Shown: piece by piece, positions 20,648 to 32,488 of the stretch
Layout: each line of letters begins with the position of its first letter
Position numbering within the stretch: position 1 is the first letter of the stretch
Assembly (NCBI GenBank): GCA_000004985.1
Contig: GG738927.1
Strand: one strand, 5' to 3'
Source of the DNA: Naegleria gruberi
Taxonomy: Eukaryota
DNA length: 64,000 bases
Notes under the pieces: generated by a model
What the model was told of the DNA's origin: nothing
Database searches by the model: none
Seen by the model: only the letters and a program-made list of their open reading frames with translations
Made by a program: the position numbers and the translations under genes

Positions 20648-23600
20648 TTATTTCTTCTTCTTGGTAGAGTAACTTGTTTCTTTTGGTGTTGGTAGCTTTT
20701 TCTTTGGTTTCTCTTCCTCAGATTCCGAACTTTCTATCTTCTTTTTAGTTTCATATTTCATATCATCATCGGATTCTTCAGAGTCATACTTCTTTGCTTT
20801 CTTTGAAACAGGTGATTTGAGTGGTTTCTCTATCTTCTTTGGTGATGGACACCCATCAGAAGAGTCGTCATCTGAACTTTCTTTCTTCTTTTCACTCTTT
20901 TTAGTTTTCCATGTTTCTGTTTCTTCCTCTTCGTCATCCAATACTTCATGAATGTTTGTGAGCTCGTCTTTGGATCTCTTGACATAAATGTGAGATTCAC
21001 GAGTTCTCAATACTAATTTTCTAGACCGATACCAAGATTTGTTCATTTTTGATTCTAAGCTCATTGTTTGAAAGTTAATTGTGTTGCCATTAGAGAGTTC
21101 GTATAGAGAATTTGTAGCCTTTTTTGAGCTTGACTTTTGAGCTTTGAATAACCTGTATGCTTGTTCCACTAGTTTTGCTTCTTCTTCACCAAGTACATTT
21201 CTACCAGAGCCTATCCCAAGTATCCATTGATACTTGGTAAACTTTTTCTTTCCTACTGACTTGTTCTCTATTTTTTCATCAACATAGGCATCTCTAAAAA
21301 AGTTTCTATTATGTGGATGGAATGAGCCAACAACATATTGACGGGTTGGCTCATATGTTATAAATTCCAAATGTGGAGGGAGGTCACTCTTTGGTTCCTT
21401 TGGTTGAATAATTCCATTAATATCGTTAAGTGAATACTCAAAGAATAGTTTCATCTTTTTCTCCTCAACTACGTATGTTGTTCTTGCCTTAATGTGATTA
21501 AAAAGCTGACTAGCAGATATAAATTCAGAATTCCAACTGTACCTAGGAAGACGAATTTGTGTATAGTCATGATATTTTGACTTGGAAACCGTCTTTTCGG
21601 CAGATTCAACATCATTTCCTGCTCCAATTGATTTCAGTCCTCCTCTAAAATTGGCATGCTTATAGGCATGTCTGATGAGGAGAATTTTGGCAAGACCTGT
21701 GACATTATGAAGTTTGGCTCTTGGTTGAGGCTGTCTAAAGTATCTTCTATTATGTTTGTAGAAATGATCCCCTATCAAAATATCATTTTGAACTCTTTTT
21801 TCTTCATAGCCAGCTACTCCAACTCTAAAGCCACGGAGAGCATACTTGGTTAACCTTAATTCGTCTTATGAAATTATTAGAATTTAATTTTAAAGTACTC
21901 ACAAGTTGTAGATTGTCTATCAACGTCTACAATATTGCATCTTGTCTTTATGGCTTGAATGGCTCTTGGTAATGCGTAAACTTGAGAGCCATCAAAACCA
22001 ACACAACAACAATTCACATCGAATCCAATTAAGACTTCAGCCTTTTGTTGACCAAGAGATTTGTAAATTTTAAAAATTACGTAAACTTACTGGAGATTTG
22101 TAAATTCTCAAAATTACTTGCACTGTCCTTACTGAGCTGATAAACTTGAATGTAATAGCATTTTCAGTTCTGATCAACAAAATATCATCATAATTTGTGC
22201 CTTCTTCGGTGGACTTTGGAGAGGAGTATTTTTTGGATTTTTTAGTGAGCTTGTTGAACTTGTTGCTATCATTTGCATTTTCTGGTTTTGCAAAATGTGG
22301 AATGTTTTTGATATTCTTTTTGAATAATTCAAAAAGGTAAAAAATCTTCTTTTCGGCTTCCTTTTCATCCAAACCATAAATGAATAAATCTATATCACTG
22401 TTTTTCCAATAGGATTTTCTAAAATAGTTGAAAAGTTCTTCATCCAAATCATCTTGTTCGTATTTTTTGAATGAGCTTGCTTTTTTGGCTCGAACAGGTT
22501 TATCGTCCTCAGAACTTGTTGCTGAAAAATATCCATCTGCAACAGACCCATTATCATTATCAGAATTAGAACCATCATCCTCATCCCAGAGCACTTTTTT
22601 CTTTGCTTGTTGCATTACTCCACCTTGGAAAGGATCAACCTTTTGAAATCTACTGTAACGGTTTTCTTGTAGCAAGTCTTTTCTATCCAATTTAGCTTTG
22701 AGCATGCATGCCAAAATTCCACCACCTAATTTTTAAATATTATTGAAAATTGAATAATTAAAAATATTAAAGAAAGACATACCTGCTGCGAATACATTAC
22801 TCCAATCCATATCTTTAAATAGACCACAAGTTAGAGCGTTAAATTGAGTGAAGAATTCTTCTCTATCAGAAACAATTTCTGGGATTGGTGGCAATTTGAG
22901 TCTTGAATATTCATTGATAAGTTCAGAACATTCAACAGGGTTTTCAAAATCAAAAAGCAAAGGTAGGGTACTTGGAGGATCGCATGGTTTGAGTAATTCT
23001 CTGGTAGAATGTTCATTACCAAAAACACTAACCAAATGAATGTAAGGATCTGAAAGAATCTGATTTTCTCTATCTGAAACATATAAATTTCTCAAAAAGT
23101 CTTCCTCTTTTTTGATTTTTAAATTATTAGATCCAATATCTTCGATTGGATAACGAAGAGGATCTAAAAAGTCTAAAAGTCCTTGGAGTTTGAATTCTTT
23201 GGCCTCTTTGTAAACCAGTTTTCTCTGAGACATTTCTCTTGGGACTGAAGTGAAGGTTGCACTCTCCAAATATTCGTACAATACAGAAAAGACTTCACTA
23301 TCTCTGTCAAGGAATATTTCACGGTTGGTACTTGCTTGAATCAATTGAGGGAAAATACTTTCTGGATGGACAAGTAACTTTTCAATACCAATGCAAAATT
23401 TCACACCTCTTACATTGAAAACAATTGGTTCCTTTTTCAAAAAGGCCTCTCTTTTTCTGAGTTCTTCTCTTTCCTGTTCAAGATCAACCTCAGCCTTTTT
23501 CAAAAAGTCTTCCATGACAGTCTTTTCCTTGAGTGTAAGCTTTGAAAACATATCCAACCATTTTTCATCACTTTCGTTTTGATTAGAATGGAGAGTGTTA

Positions 23601-24407
23601 TGTTGAGAAACTCTGTATTCTTTGATTTCAGGTGTATCTTCCTTTTCTTCCATTCTTTGGTGTCTTTGATTGGAATTGTGTTGCTTGATCAATTCGGCAA
23701 CTCTTGCACTTAATTTACTTGTACCAAAGTAATCAGATTCTATCAGCAAAGCTTTTAACTTTTCAATGGTATCTTCAGTTATATTTTCCCACAAACCTAC
23801 ATATGTGGTGGATCCTGTGTGAATTAAATAAATGTCACTCGTCATCACAACTAAACATTCTTAACCTACCAGTTCTAATATGCTCCAAAATGATTGGAAA
23901 ATAATCTGGATTACTCTCACTCAACAAGATACAGCCATTCTCATCACGATCAACCTTAAAATCAGAATTCAACATGGTCTTGATCATATTCTCTCTTCTA
24001 TTAATGGTAGAAAGTGAGGTAACAAACATTTTCCCTCCGACCATCAATTTGACAATATTTTCACCTGATTGCAAGATTTCCTTCACCTTTTCACTATTCA
24101 GATGATCATCTTGTTGGTCATCCATCTTGTTGCCATTAAACTTTTCTAGAACTTCGATTTCCTTCATCTTTTGTTGATTTCTTCTCCTTTCTTCATCGAT
24201 TTTGTGGAGAGCATCAATTCGGACTGTTTCTAATTCTTCTCTCTCTTTGATGTATTGTGGATCATCTTTTGAAGAGGAAAATGATGATGGTTTTGGTGCA
24301 TAGGATGAAGATGACGAAGAGCTTGGTTCTTCTGCTTTGCGTTTCTTCTGATGTTCGAAGGCGGAGGATGAGCTTACTTTCCTTGCCGTTTGTTTGGTTC
24401 GGGCCAT
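20648..24407 (-). CDS. Giant multi-exon protein. From N- to C-terminus: histone-H3-tail-like N-terminus (MARTKQTARK), BTB/T1 domain, coiled-coil, second BTB/T1 domain, conserved Cys-rich block (IGFDVNCCCVGFDGSQVYALPRA), and a K/E/S-rich tail
   Basis: Four track ORFs on the same strand are joined by frame-preserving introns. Intron 23815-23869 is 55 nt (GTAGGT..CAG). Intron 22736-22792 is 57 nt (GTATGT..TAG) and removes an in-frame TAA. Intron 22042-22090 is 49 nt (GTAAGT..AAG). Intron 21855-21892 is 38 nt (GTGAGT..AAG). ATG at 24407 with aaaaaaaaATGgcc. BTB/T1 blocks: IVKLMVGGKMFVTSLSTI...DRDENGCILLSESNPDYFPIILEHIRTG and IVFNVRGVKFCIGIEKLLVHPESIF...FLDRDSEVFSVLYEYLES. Confidence 0.6.
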
Positions 24408-24566
24408 TTTTTTTCTTGTTGAAACTAGAAATCATTCAAAGATGTTGTAATGATCACAGCTGTGATTTTCATAGTAACTTGTGGATTTTGTAAAGATTTA
24501 CAGTAAAGTAACACATTTTAATTGGTTAAAATAATTGGTTTAATAAATTGATGAGATCAGCTCAAT

Positions 24567-25114
24567 TTAAAAGTGGAAAACATAGGAAAAGTTTTGAGTA
24601 GTTTCTTCCTTACCGCCATAAGGATACCAACAAGTGTTACCCTTGGCCTTTCCTGGAATATCACCATGAGAAGTATGTGCTAGATATTCATGAATTTTCA
24701 AATATTTTAAAATGTGAAATAGTTGTTGTTATTTCACAAATGATCAAAACACTTACCAATAGCGCTCCACAAAGTACCAGCACCATCATTTTGATAACCA
24801 GTGGCAACTGATTGAGCTGGAGAGTCACCACTATGCTTGTAAGTAGTACCATTTACGACATAGGAGAAATTATTAGTGACTTGTTCTTGTCCACCATATG
24901 GGAACCAAGCAGTTCCACTGGCATTGGCCTTTCCTGGAATGTTACCCCATTGTGAGTGGGCTTTTTTATAATATTAAATATTTGATCCGATTAATATCAC
25001 GATATGATCAATTAAATCAAACCTACCAACAGCTACATAAACAACACCAGCACCATCATTTTGGAAACCAGTGATAGCATTATGAGGAACCATACCAGAA
25101 TTAGCAACTAACAT
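24567..25114 (-). CDS. Small three-exon internally repetitive protein (possibly lectin-like); absent from the ORF track
   Basis: Minus-strand ATG at 25112-25114. Exon 1 reads MLVANSGMVPHNAITGFQNDGAGVVYVAVG. Exon 2 reads AHSQWGNIPGKANASGTAWFPYGGQEQVTNNFSYVVNGTTYKHSGDSPAQSVATGYQNDGAGTLWSAIG. Exon 3 reads AHTSHGDIPGKAKGNTCWYPYGGKEETTQNFSYVFHF, followed by a stop. Two GTAGGT/GTAAGT..AG introns. The DNA itself is internally repeated (24611-24680 resembles 24891-24960). Confidence 0.45.
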
Positions 25115-25464
25115 CTTGTTGTGTGGATTAATATTTATCAAGCGAGTGCTTTGAGTATTTTTTTTGTAAATTATTGATCAGATTTTGATCTCATTTTAGC
25201 GCCAAAAATAGATCCGTAGACGTGTTACCTTTCCACAGCCTTGAAAAAAATTGTCGAACACGTTATTCCTCGGAGATGGACGTGTTGTTGGCACAAAACG
25301 TGTGGATAGGAGGTTAATGAAGCAGAGAAGGAATGAGTTAGGAACACGTATTGATGGTTCCTTATTTTTACAATGTTTTCAAAGTTTAAATGATGATATT
25401 TAAGAGGAACAACACGATAATTTTGATTATACATTTTAGAATGTGTTATAATTTTGTTAAATAT

Positions 25465-28201
25465 TTACGAGATACCAAGTTTCATTTTACAAATTTTGGA
25501 GAGAACGAGAGCTGGTCGATCGAGTGGTGGTTCTAATTGAGGAGCATTGGCAGAATCTTTGAGAGATTCAGCTGTTTCCTTATTTGAGCTTTCGGCCATG
25601 AATTCTTCGAATAATTTCAAGGCATTTTCATAATGTTCTGAAAAGTATTCGAGGCAAGCATCTTGATACTTTTTCCATTTCAATAATTGATTCTTTTGTT
25701 GCAATTCATACATCCATTCTAAAGTTTGGAAAGTCAATATTAATTAACAAAAATCAGGAAAAAAACTTACCATCTTCCGAGACCTTATTACTCGATCCCA
25801 ATTCATAAATAGCCTCCTGACCAGCAATATCATTGGTAATTACGCTATCTTCAATACTATGAATATCAATTAAGGAATCAGTTTTTACAAAAATGGAATT
25901 TTGATAAAATTGATCAGCAGCTAACATTTTCATATCGACAAATCTGGTCTGATATGTCTTACTTGCAGTTTCGAATATCCTCTCTGGAATGACTACTTGT
26001 AAATCTAAACGATGCGCAGTTTCCAATAACTTTTCCAAGTTGACTTTAGCAGAACTAATTATTGAGAAATTCTTGCTTTCTGAAGTGCCCAAATTTCCAC
26101 AATATACTCTTTGGGTAGTAATTGCAAATCTGAACTGCAAATTTTCTGCCAATTGATGTGAAACCTTTTCACTCTTCTTACTGGAATGAGATGAAAAACT
26201 GTTCGAAACCAAATTCTTTCTCACAGCTAGCAATTTCTCCTGTAAAACCTTAACAGTTGAAAGCGCCTTTTCCACATGATTCTGACTATCTTTTGTTGTA
26301 TTAAACGAAAGAATAATAATATCATTCTCAAATGCTCCAATATTAAATCCACTGCTTCGACTCTGAACATTAATTTGCTCATAAACAAGAGATAGCAAGT
26401 TGACCACCGATTTACAATCCTCTGTCTTGTACCACTGATCCAGACCGTCTAGTAAAATCCCCAGAAACGTAACTTGTTTACCTTCCAAATAGAGAGAAAA
26501 CATGGAATTTTGACCTTTCTTTGAAGAGTTGGATTTTTGGGATTTGATCATATCAATCGAGCTGAACAAACCTGATTTGAAATTGCCACTTGTTAAAATT
26601 CTGGACCTGTTTATACTTTGATGGAGAGCAGAAGAAGCTGCCTGCTGTTGTTTCCCTGTTTCATCTGATTGTCCATCTAATTCTGCTAACAAATAACTTG
26701 GAATGAAAGCTCGATACATTTTGAGTTTTTTTAACATTGCTGCAAATTGAGTTTGAACATAATTGAGCTCTGAAAAGTAACTTTTCGATTCTTGATCTTG
26801 TAGAGCAGCATCTATATCCATGTTGGCCACTCTCTCAAACATTGTCATTAAAGTCTTGAATGGTTTTACAATACGGAATGAAAAGGCAACTCCAACCAAA
26901 ACACTAACTCCGATAATTACTATACTTCCACCCAAAGCAGCCAATAGAGCAATGATAATTGGAGAAATGTAATTCCATTGTGGAGTGGACATGGCAATGA
27001 CCCAATCCAAATTATATTTTGAACAAAATCTATATACGGTAATGTATTCATTAAGGGTAGAAATTTGGTAAAGAGTGTCACATTTCAATTCTTTCAAATT
27101 TGGATAGTTTCTGTACATTTCCTTAGCCAACTTGTTATGCTCCTCAGACAAAACAGTCAACCCAGTCCTTCTAATCACATCCACCTTATTTTCTGCCAAA
27201 TAAGCCAAAGAAATCGTTCGATTATTGACAGCTATCAAATAATCAGTTTTCGTTTCTATAATAAATGCTGTCGATCTTGCAATACTCGAAACGAGATCTT
27301 CCAAGAATTTGGAGATACGTTTTAACTCCATGCTAAATGCCAAATATTTGGAAATTTCAGTTGTGGAATTTGATTTAAGCCAAGATGTCATCATGGTGAC
27401 AAATGTTAAATCGGCACCGACATTATAGGAAGGAGTAAATAATGAATTGTCAGGATTTGACTTGGCAGTGGCATATAATCCAGATAATTCAAAACTTGGC
27501 ATGATCATATTAGGAGTTACTGATCTTTTGCAATAGTCGACTGTCAAACCTGCCAAACAATAATATACTTTCTGATAGGACGTGCCAATGTCAACAAATG
27601 CTGGAATAGTTCCCCAATTAATTATTGAAATAGAACCTGTCTGATTACCAATCAAAATGGCAGAGGGCAATGCATCATGTGTTTCAAACTCTGATTTGTA
27701 AAATTTGAACATTGACAACTCCAACTTGTCAGGATGATCCAAATCATCTTCGTGAATTTGACTTTTGGCAGTATTGACAACTAGCACAATTTCCTGAACT
27801 GTTTTTTCGATATAGGAACGAACAGATTCGAATTCATTCTTTCGAATAGTTGATGAGAGAGATGTGATTGCTGGACCGAAACTTGACAGCCAAGTTGCTG
27901 AGATAATTAAAGCTGACAGGACAACTAGGATTGTAATCATGGAAATGATAAAGAATTTGACAGATCTGAAACAGCTGACAGTTTTTTCATTCTTGACATT
28001 CTCAGCTAGGGAACCATCAGAATCTGCATTCGAAACTTCTTCGACATTTTGCTTTAATCCAGAAAATGATTTTTGGTTGACAGCTGTCACGACTGAATAA
28101 CGTAGAGCATATGTATTCTTGGAATTGGTTGAAAGGTTGAGTGGATTCTCTATGGATTGTCGAATACTGGCAGGAACGACTTTACTACTCGAATAAACCA
28201 T
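25465..28201 (-). CDS. Receptor-like membrane protein with TM1, an extracellular domain of about 370 aa, TM2, a HAMP-like linker, and a degenerate class-III cyclase-homology (CHD)-like domain; two exons
   Basis: Hydrophobic segments FFIISMITILVVLSALIISA and ISPIIIALLAALGGSIVIIGVSVLVGVAF. HAMP-like: RIVKPFKTLMTMFERV...SELNYVQTQFAAMLKKL. CHD-like: VTFLGILLDGLDQW...QFRFAITTQRVYCGNLG...SIISSAKVNLEKLLE, with metal/catalytic residues not conserved. Intron 25719-25770 is 52 nt (GTAAGT..TTAG) and joins the ...VSED exon to the EWMYELQQ... exon. Confidence 0.5.
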
Positions 28202-28628
28202 AATGCTGAGTTTCGTAGAGTTTCGTCTATTTTCGACTTTGAATGTTTTAAGGTTTAAAGTTGTTTTTTTTCGTTGTGAGTAAAAAGGTTTTGAAATCGT
28301 CAGAGTTTAATGAAGAATGAAATATCCTTAGAGATAGCCATGAAGCAAACACATTCCCGCGCAAAGTTATACGAAACTCATTGGTCAATCGACTTGGTTG
28401 CAAAAAATCAAAAAAGTATTTAGAACTCCATATCAGAAATGGTTCAATGCATATTCGTCAACTAAATTAAAATACAAACTCGGTTTTCGTGATTAGAGGA
28501 CTTTCGTGTTGAGGTTTCGTATAAATCAACCAACATCAAAATTTTAATAGCAATTTACATTTAGAAATGAGAAAATCGTAATTCGTTCATTTCAGAATAT
28601 GAAAATTTAATGTCATTTGAGGTTGAAA

Positions 28629-29246
28629 TCATTTATTCATCCTTTTTTGGAAATCTCTTTGCATAGGTGCTGATTTGCTTCGAATTCTTATATCTCTTTC
28701 ATTTGATTGATAATTTTCAAGTGTATCAACTGTGTCAATTGTCATTCGTCTCGAGTTTCGTTTAAAAGCCAAGTTTTCATTCGAAAGAATGGAACCTCTC
28801 CTTACCACTTTATCAGTTTCAAACAGTGCTTCATCATAACTGGTTAAATCTGGAGAAACTGAGAATACACTATCACAAACTGAACTAATTGTTTCTACCC
28901 AAGTAGACGAATCTTCTCCATCTTTGCTGTCTTTACTCCCAGATGATGGAAATGTATAACTGTTCAAGGGTGATGCACTTGTATGATTGTTCTCACTATG
29001 ATTTGATGAAATAATGTTGTATAAATCGGACGAAACTGGAGAGAAACTATTCCCACTACCAGAAAGACTAATGTCTTTTGATTTGGAGAACGAAGATCCC
29101 AAAATATCGAGCTGGACTGAAGAAGCTGAAATTGAGGTCAATGTATTCCAACAACCAAACGCAAAATTCGCAACCCACAAATAAACAAAACTAAAGGTTT
29201 CTAATATTAATTTTCTATACTCTTTCTCTTCAAATAGCAGAGACAT
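28629..29246 (-). CDS. Hypothetical Ser-rich protein with an N-terminal hydrophobic segment
   Basis: 205-aa ORF; no domain recognised. Confidence 0.3.
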   Translation of the reverse strand: MSLLFEEKEYRKLILETFSFVYLWVANFAFGCWNTLTSISASSVQLDILGSSFSKSKDISLSGSGNSFSPVSSDLYNIISSNHSENNHTSASPLNSYTFPSSGSKDSKDGEDSSTWVETISSVCDSVFSVSPDLTSYDEALFETDKVVRRGSILSNENLAFKRNSRRMTIDTVDTLENYQSNERDIRIRSKSAPMQRDFQKRMNK

Positions 29247-30008
29247 TTCTTTTTATTTGGTTTCTCCTCTTGGACCCAACAATTATCTGAGAGGTTTCAG
29301 TCTTTTCTTCATTCACATCATTGGAAAGCATATCTCTTTCCATTTTCTCCATTTTTATCTTTTAACTTTCCAATAAAAGTTGTGAATTTCATGAAGGCTA
29401 GTCTATTACTTCAATCTCTCTTGATATCAAGGTCTATTTATGGATCTACTAGTTTCGAATAAAGTGAGATAGTTTAATTGAATCAATAAAACAGTGTTTA
29501 TGTTATGAATTGGCCAATTCACCGTATTTTCTATTAATTTCTCCTTTTTTTTTTTATTATTAATTTTAAAAAATTGAAATTAATTTATTTATAAATTTTC
29601 TGAATTAAGGTTGCATTTGGAAATTCTTGGAATTTGATTACTTTGAATTTCTTGTAATATTAAACTATTCGAAATTCCAAATTAGGTCTATCCGTTAGTG
29701 TGTTTCTTTGTAACCACAAATGTTCCCTAAACGGAAAGAAAGGTAATCCAAAGACACTTCAGTTTGTGAATGATGTAAAGACACACAACAAAAAAATGTC
29801 TTCACAACCAAAACATGTTTCTTCTTCAGTTTCGAATAATAACAATGCAACAGTTGTTCGAAAGCAATTGTCTACCGAGTAGGTTTATAATTAATGGATT
29901 GTTACCTTATCTATTGTTCTAATTCGAATATCTCTTGTCCAAAAACATAGAAATATAAAAGATTCGGCAGGTTTCGAACAATTAGAAAAGAAAGCTTTCA
30001 TCAACGAT

Positions 30009-32363
30009 ATGAAAACAAGACAAATAACGCCGAGCCCTCTAACGATTTCATCATCTTCAAATCGTCCCGAAAAACATTCGAATAATAACATTAAAACTTG
30101 CTGCTTTGGAAGAAACTTTAGTTTACGAGTGAAAACTACTTTCGTATTAATTATAATGTTTCTCGGATTGATGGCACTTTGTCTGGGGATTTTACTAGCT
30201 GCCTTTTTCGTGGTTTTTCAAAATGTGGAATATCAACAAGCTAAAGAAGCAAGTAAACGAGTTTCTCGAGCATTATTGGACGATTTGAATTATTTACAGT
30301 CAAAAGTATTCGAATTTGGAGCATTTGATGATACAGTTTCCGTCTATGAAAATCTCACTCAGGAAAATATTGGAAATTACACTGAAATGTATTGGCACTG
30401 TGTTTATTTAAATAGTGTGAATGTGAATATGGCTTTTCTTTATTCGAAAGATGGAACTTTAATTACAAAAGTTCATTGCTTTAAGGGGCAAATGATAGAA
30501 CAAGTTCCTGATGAGTTTTCAAGTTTGGAAAAGAATTCGTATGGAAATTTCTTTTTACAAGATATTGAAAATGTTTGGAGTAGGAAATCTGGAATTTTAA
30601 TTCCAAAAAAGACAATTTTTGAGATGGCAACTTCTGATGAATCGAGGAATTTCCTTTCGAGTTATGAATCGAATGTGACGAATATTGTGTTGGTAGCTGC
30701 AATGCCAGTGCAGAGTACAAATTATGATTATTCGAGAGGTTTAGTCTTGTTTGCCAAGTATCAATTGGATGAACATGCTTTGGATATGGCTGAAAGAACT
30801 CAACTTTGCATGACCATGATGAATTTGAAAAACGAAACTGACCTCTATTCATTCAAGGAATCGATTGGATCGTTGGATACGAATGCATTTTCGAGTGGAA
30901 CTGATTGGAAAGTAACAAATATTACAACCTCATCCTATTTAACTGATTGGATTGATAACGAATCGTCGTTGGTTCAGTTTTTGGACTCGAGTGAAGAAAA
31001 TTCAGTGAAATTGAATAATCGTCAATGTTGGAAAGATAATATGAATGATGAAAGTTCTGTTTCCTTCAATGCTGGATCTCCTACCGATAGAATGGCTTCC
31101 TATCAAGCATTCTACACACTAGATGGAGAAAAGTCACTCATTATTCGATCCGATATTCCAAGAAAGACATTTCAAATAGGAATGGCATCATTTCTAGTTG
31201 TTTGGTCAGTCATGACTTTTATGATTGTTGTCATGTCAATTGCCATTGTCTGTTTTGTGGAAATGATAGTTCTGAGAAGAGTCATCTCACTATCAAGTAC
31301 TGTACAACGTGTGCACGACACTGTTAATTATGCAATTAGAGCTCCAAAACTAGGAAATGATGAACTAGGTCAATTATCCAAAGATCTTAACACCATGCTC
31401 GGAGAGATTGAACATGTGCAAAATCAACTCGAAAAGGACAATACAGTGATGCAGGATTTATTGGAGAAGACTGCTCTCGAAGAGGCCAAGAGTAGATGCG
31501 TCATGAATAGTATTGACGATTTCATTGTAACTGTTGACTGCTCAAATGGCATGCTTCTCAATATCAACCTCTCATTTGAGAGTAGAATCTTGAGAAAACA
31601 GAGAGCTTCCGTAAATTTTGAAGCACTCCCCTTCAATCAAGCTGTCTTTGCCTATTTTAAGGAAATTCCATCATTGGAATTGCTTTTACAAAAATTGGAA
31701 AATCTTGCCACGACTGGATCACATTGGGAAACTACCATTCTATCAGGATTTGGATTGAATATTCCAGTACATGTCACTGCTAAAAGAATTAAGGTAATTA
31801 TGGGTAAATTCACACGAGTGGATGCATACATGATTGTTGCCAGAAATTTGAGCGATCAAAACGAAATGAAACAAACCATCAAGAACAAACAAGATAAACT
31901 CGATGAAATGAAACAACATTCTGACTTTGACAGATACATGACAGATCCAATACTAAGACAACAATTTAAGGAATTTTGCACTAAGGAACGAGCTGAGGAA
32001 AATGTCATCTTTTTGGAACAAGTAATGGAATATAAGAAATTATCAAGAACTCACGAAAGAGCCAAGAAACAAAAGGAAATTATTGAAATGTTTCTTTCTG
32101 AAAATTCAGCAACACCAATCAATATTTCAAAACAAGTTTTTACAACAGAAGTGAAGAAAATTTTGGAAGGTTTTGGCCAATTACAACTTTTTGATAATTT
32201 AGAAACAATTATTAAGAGTATGCTCATTTTGGATAAGTTTAAGAGATTTATTTCACAATTTGAAACAAGTCAAATGACGACCATTGATACGGACAACATG
32301 TCTAGCTCAGGATCAATCGCATCAGATGCCAGTTATCAACACACTTTTACATCAACTGATTAA
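30009..32363 (+). CDS. Receptor-like membrane protein with TM1, an extracellular sensor domain of about 330 aa, TM2, a HAMP domain, and a C-terminal RGS (regulator of G-protein signalling) domain
   Basis: Hydrophobic segments TFVLIIMFLGLMALCLGILLAAFFVVF and IGMASFLVVWSVMTFMIVVMSIAIVCFV. HAMP: LRRVISLSSTVQRVHDTVNYAIRAPKLGNDELGQLSKDLNTMLGEI (DExGxL...FNxM pattern). RGS: ILRQQFKEFCTKERAEENVIFLEQVMEYKKL...KEIIEMFLSENSATPINIS. ATG start. Confidence 0.65.
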   Translation: MKTRQITPSPLTISSSSNRPEKHSNNNIKTCCFGRNFSLRVKTTFVLIIMFLGLMALCLGILLAAFFVVFQNVEYQQAKEASKRVSRALLDDLNYLQSKVFEFGAFDDTVSVYENLTQENIGNYTEMYWHCVYLNSVNVNMAFLYSKDGTLITKVHCFKGQMIEQVPDEFSSLEKNSYGNFFLQDIENVWSRKSGILIPKKTIFEMATSDESRNFLSSYESNVTNIVLVAAMPVQSTNYDYSRGLVLFAKYQLDEHALDMAERTQLCMTMMNLKNETDLYSFKESIGSLDTNAFSSGTDWKVTNITTSSYLTDWIDNESSLVQFLDSSEENSVKLNNRQCWKDNMNDESSVSFNAGSPTDRMASYQAFYTLDGEKSLIIRSDIPRKTFQIGMASFLVVWSVMTFMIVVMSIAIVCFVEMIVLRRVISLSSTVQRVHDTVNYAIRAPKLGNDELGQLSKDLNTMLGEIEHVQNQLEKDNTVMQDLLEKTALEEAKSRCVMNSIDDFIVTVDCSNGMLLNINLSFESRILRKQRASVNFEALPFNQAVFAYFKEIPSLELLLQKLENLATTGSHWETTILSGFGLNIPVHVTAKRIKVIMGKFTRVDAYMIVARNLSDQNEMKQTIKNKQDKLDEMKQHSDFDRYMTDPILRQQFKEFCTKERAEENVIFLEQVMEYKKLSRTHERAKKQKEIIEMFLSENSATPINISKQVFTTEVKKILEGFGQLQLFDNLETIIKSMLILDKFKRFISQFETSQMTTIDTDNMSSSGSIASDASYQHTFTSTD

Positions 32364-32488
32364 TTTGGATAATAATTTAAACCCTTCCAATAAATTTAAC
32401 ACTAAATCTTTGAAATTCATGAATTAATAATTAAATTACAAAATACTGTAAATTATTAATAAAATCTAAAATTTTGAGATGAAAAAAA

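Noticed and set aside
25225-25434. 69-aa minus ORF between the repeat-protein gene and the sensor gene
   Set aside because: No start context or motif; lies in a likely promoter/UTR region.
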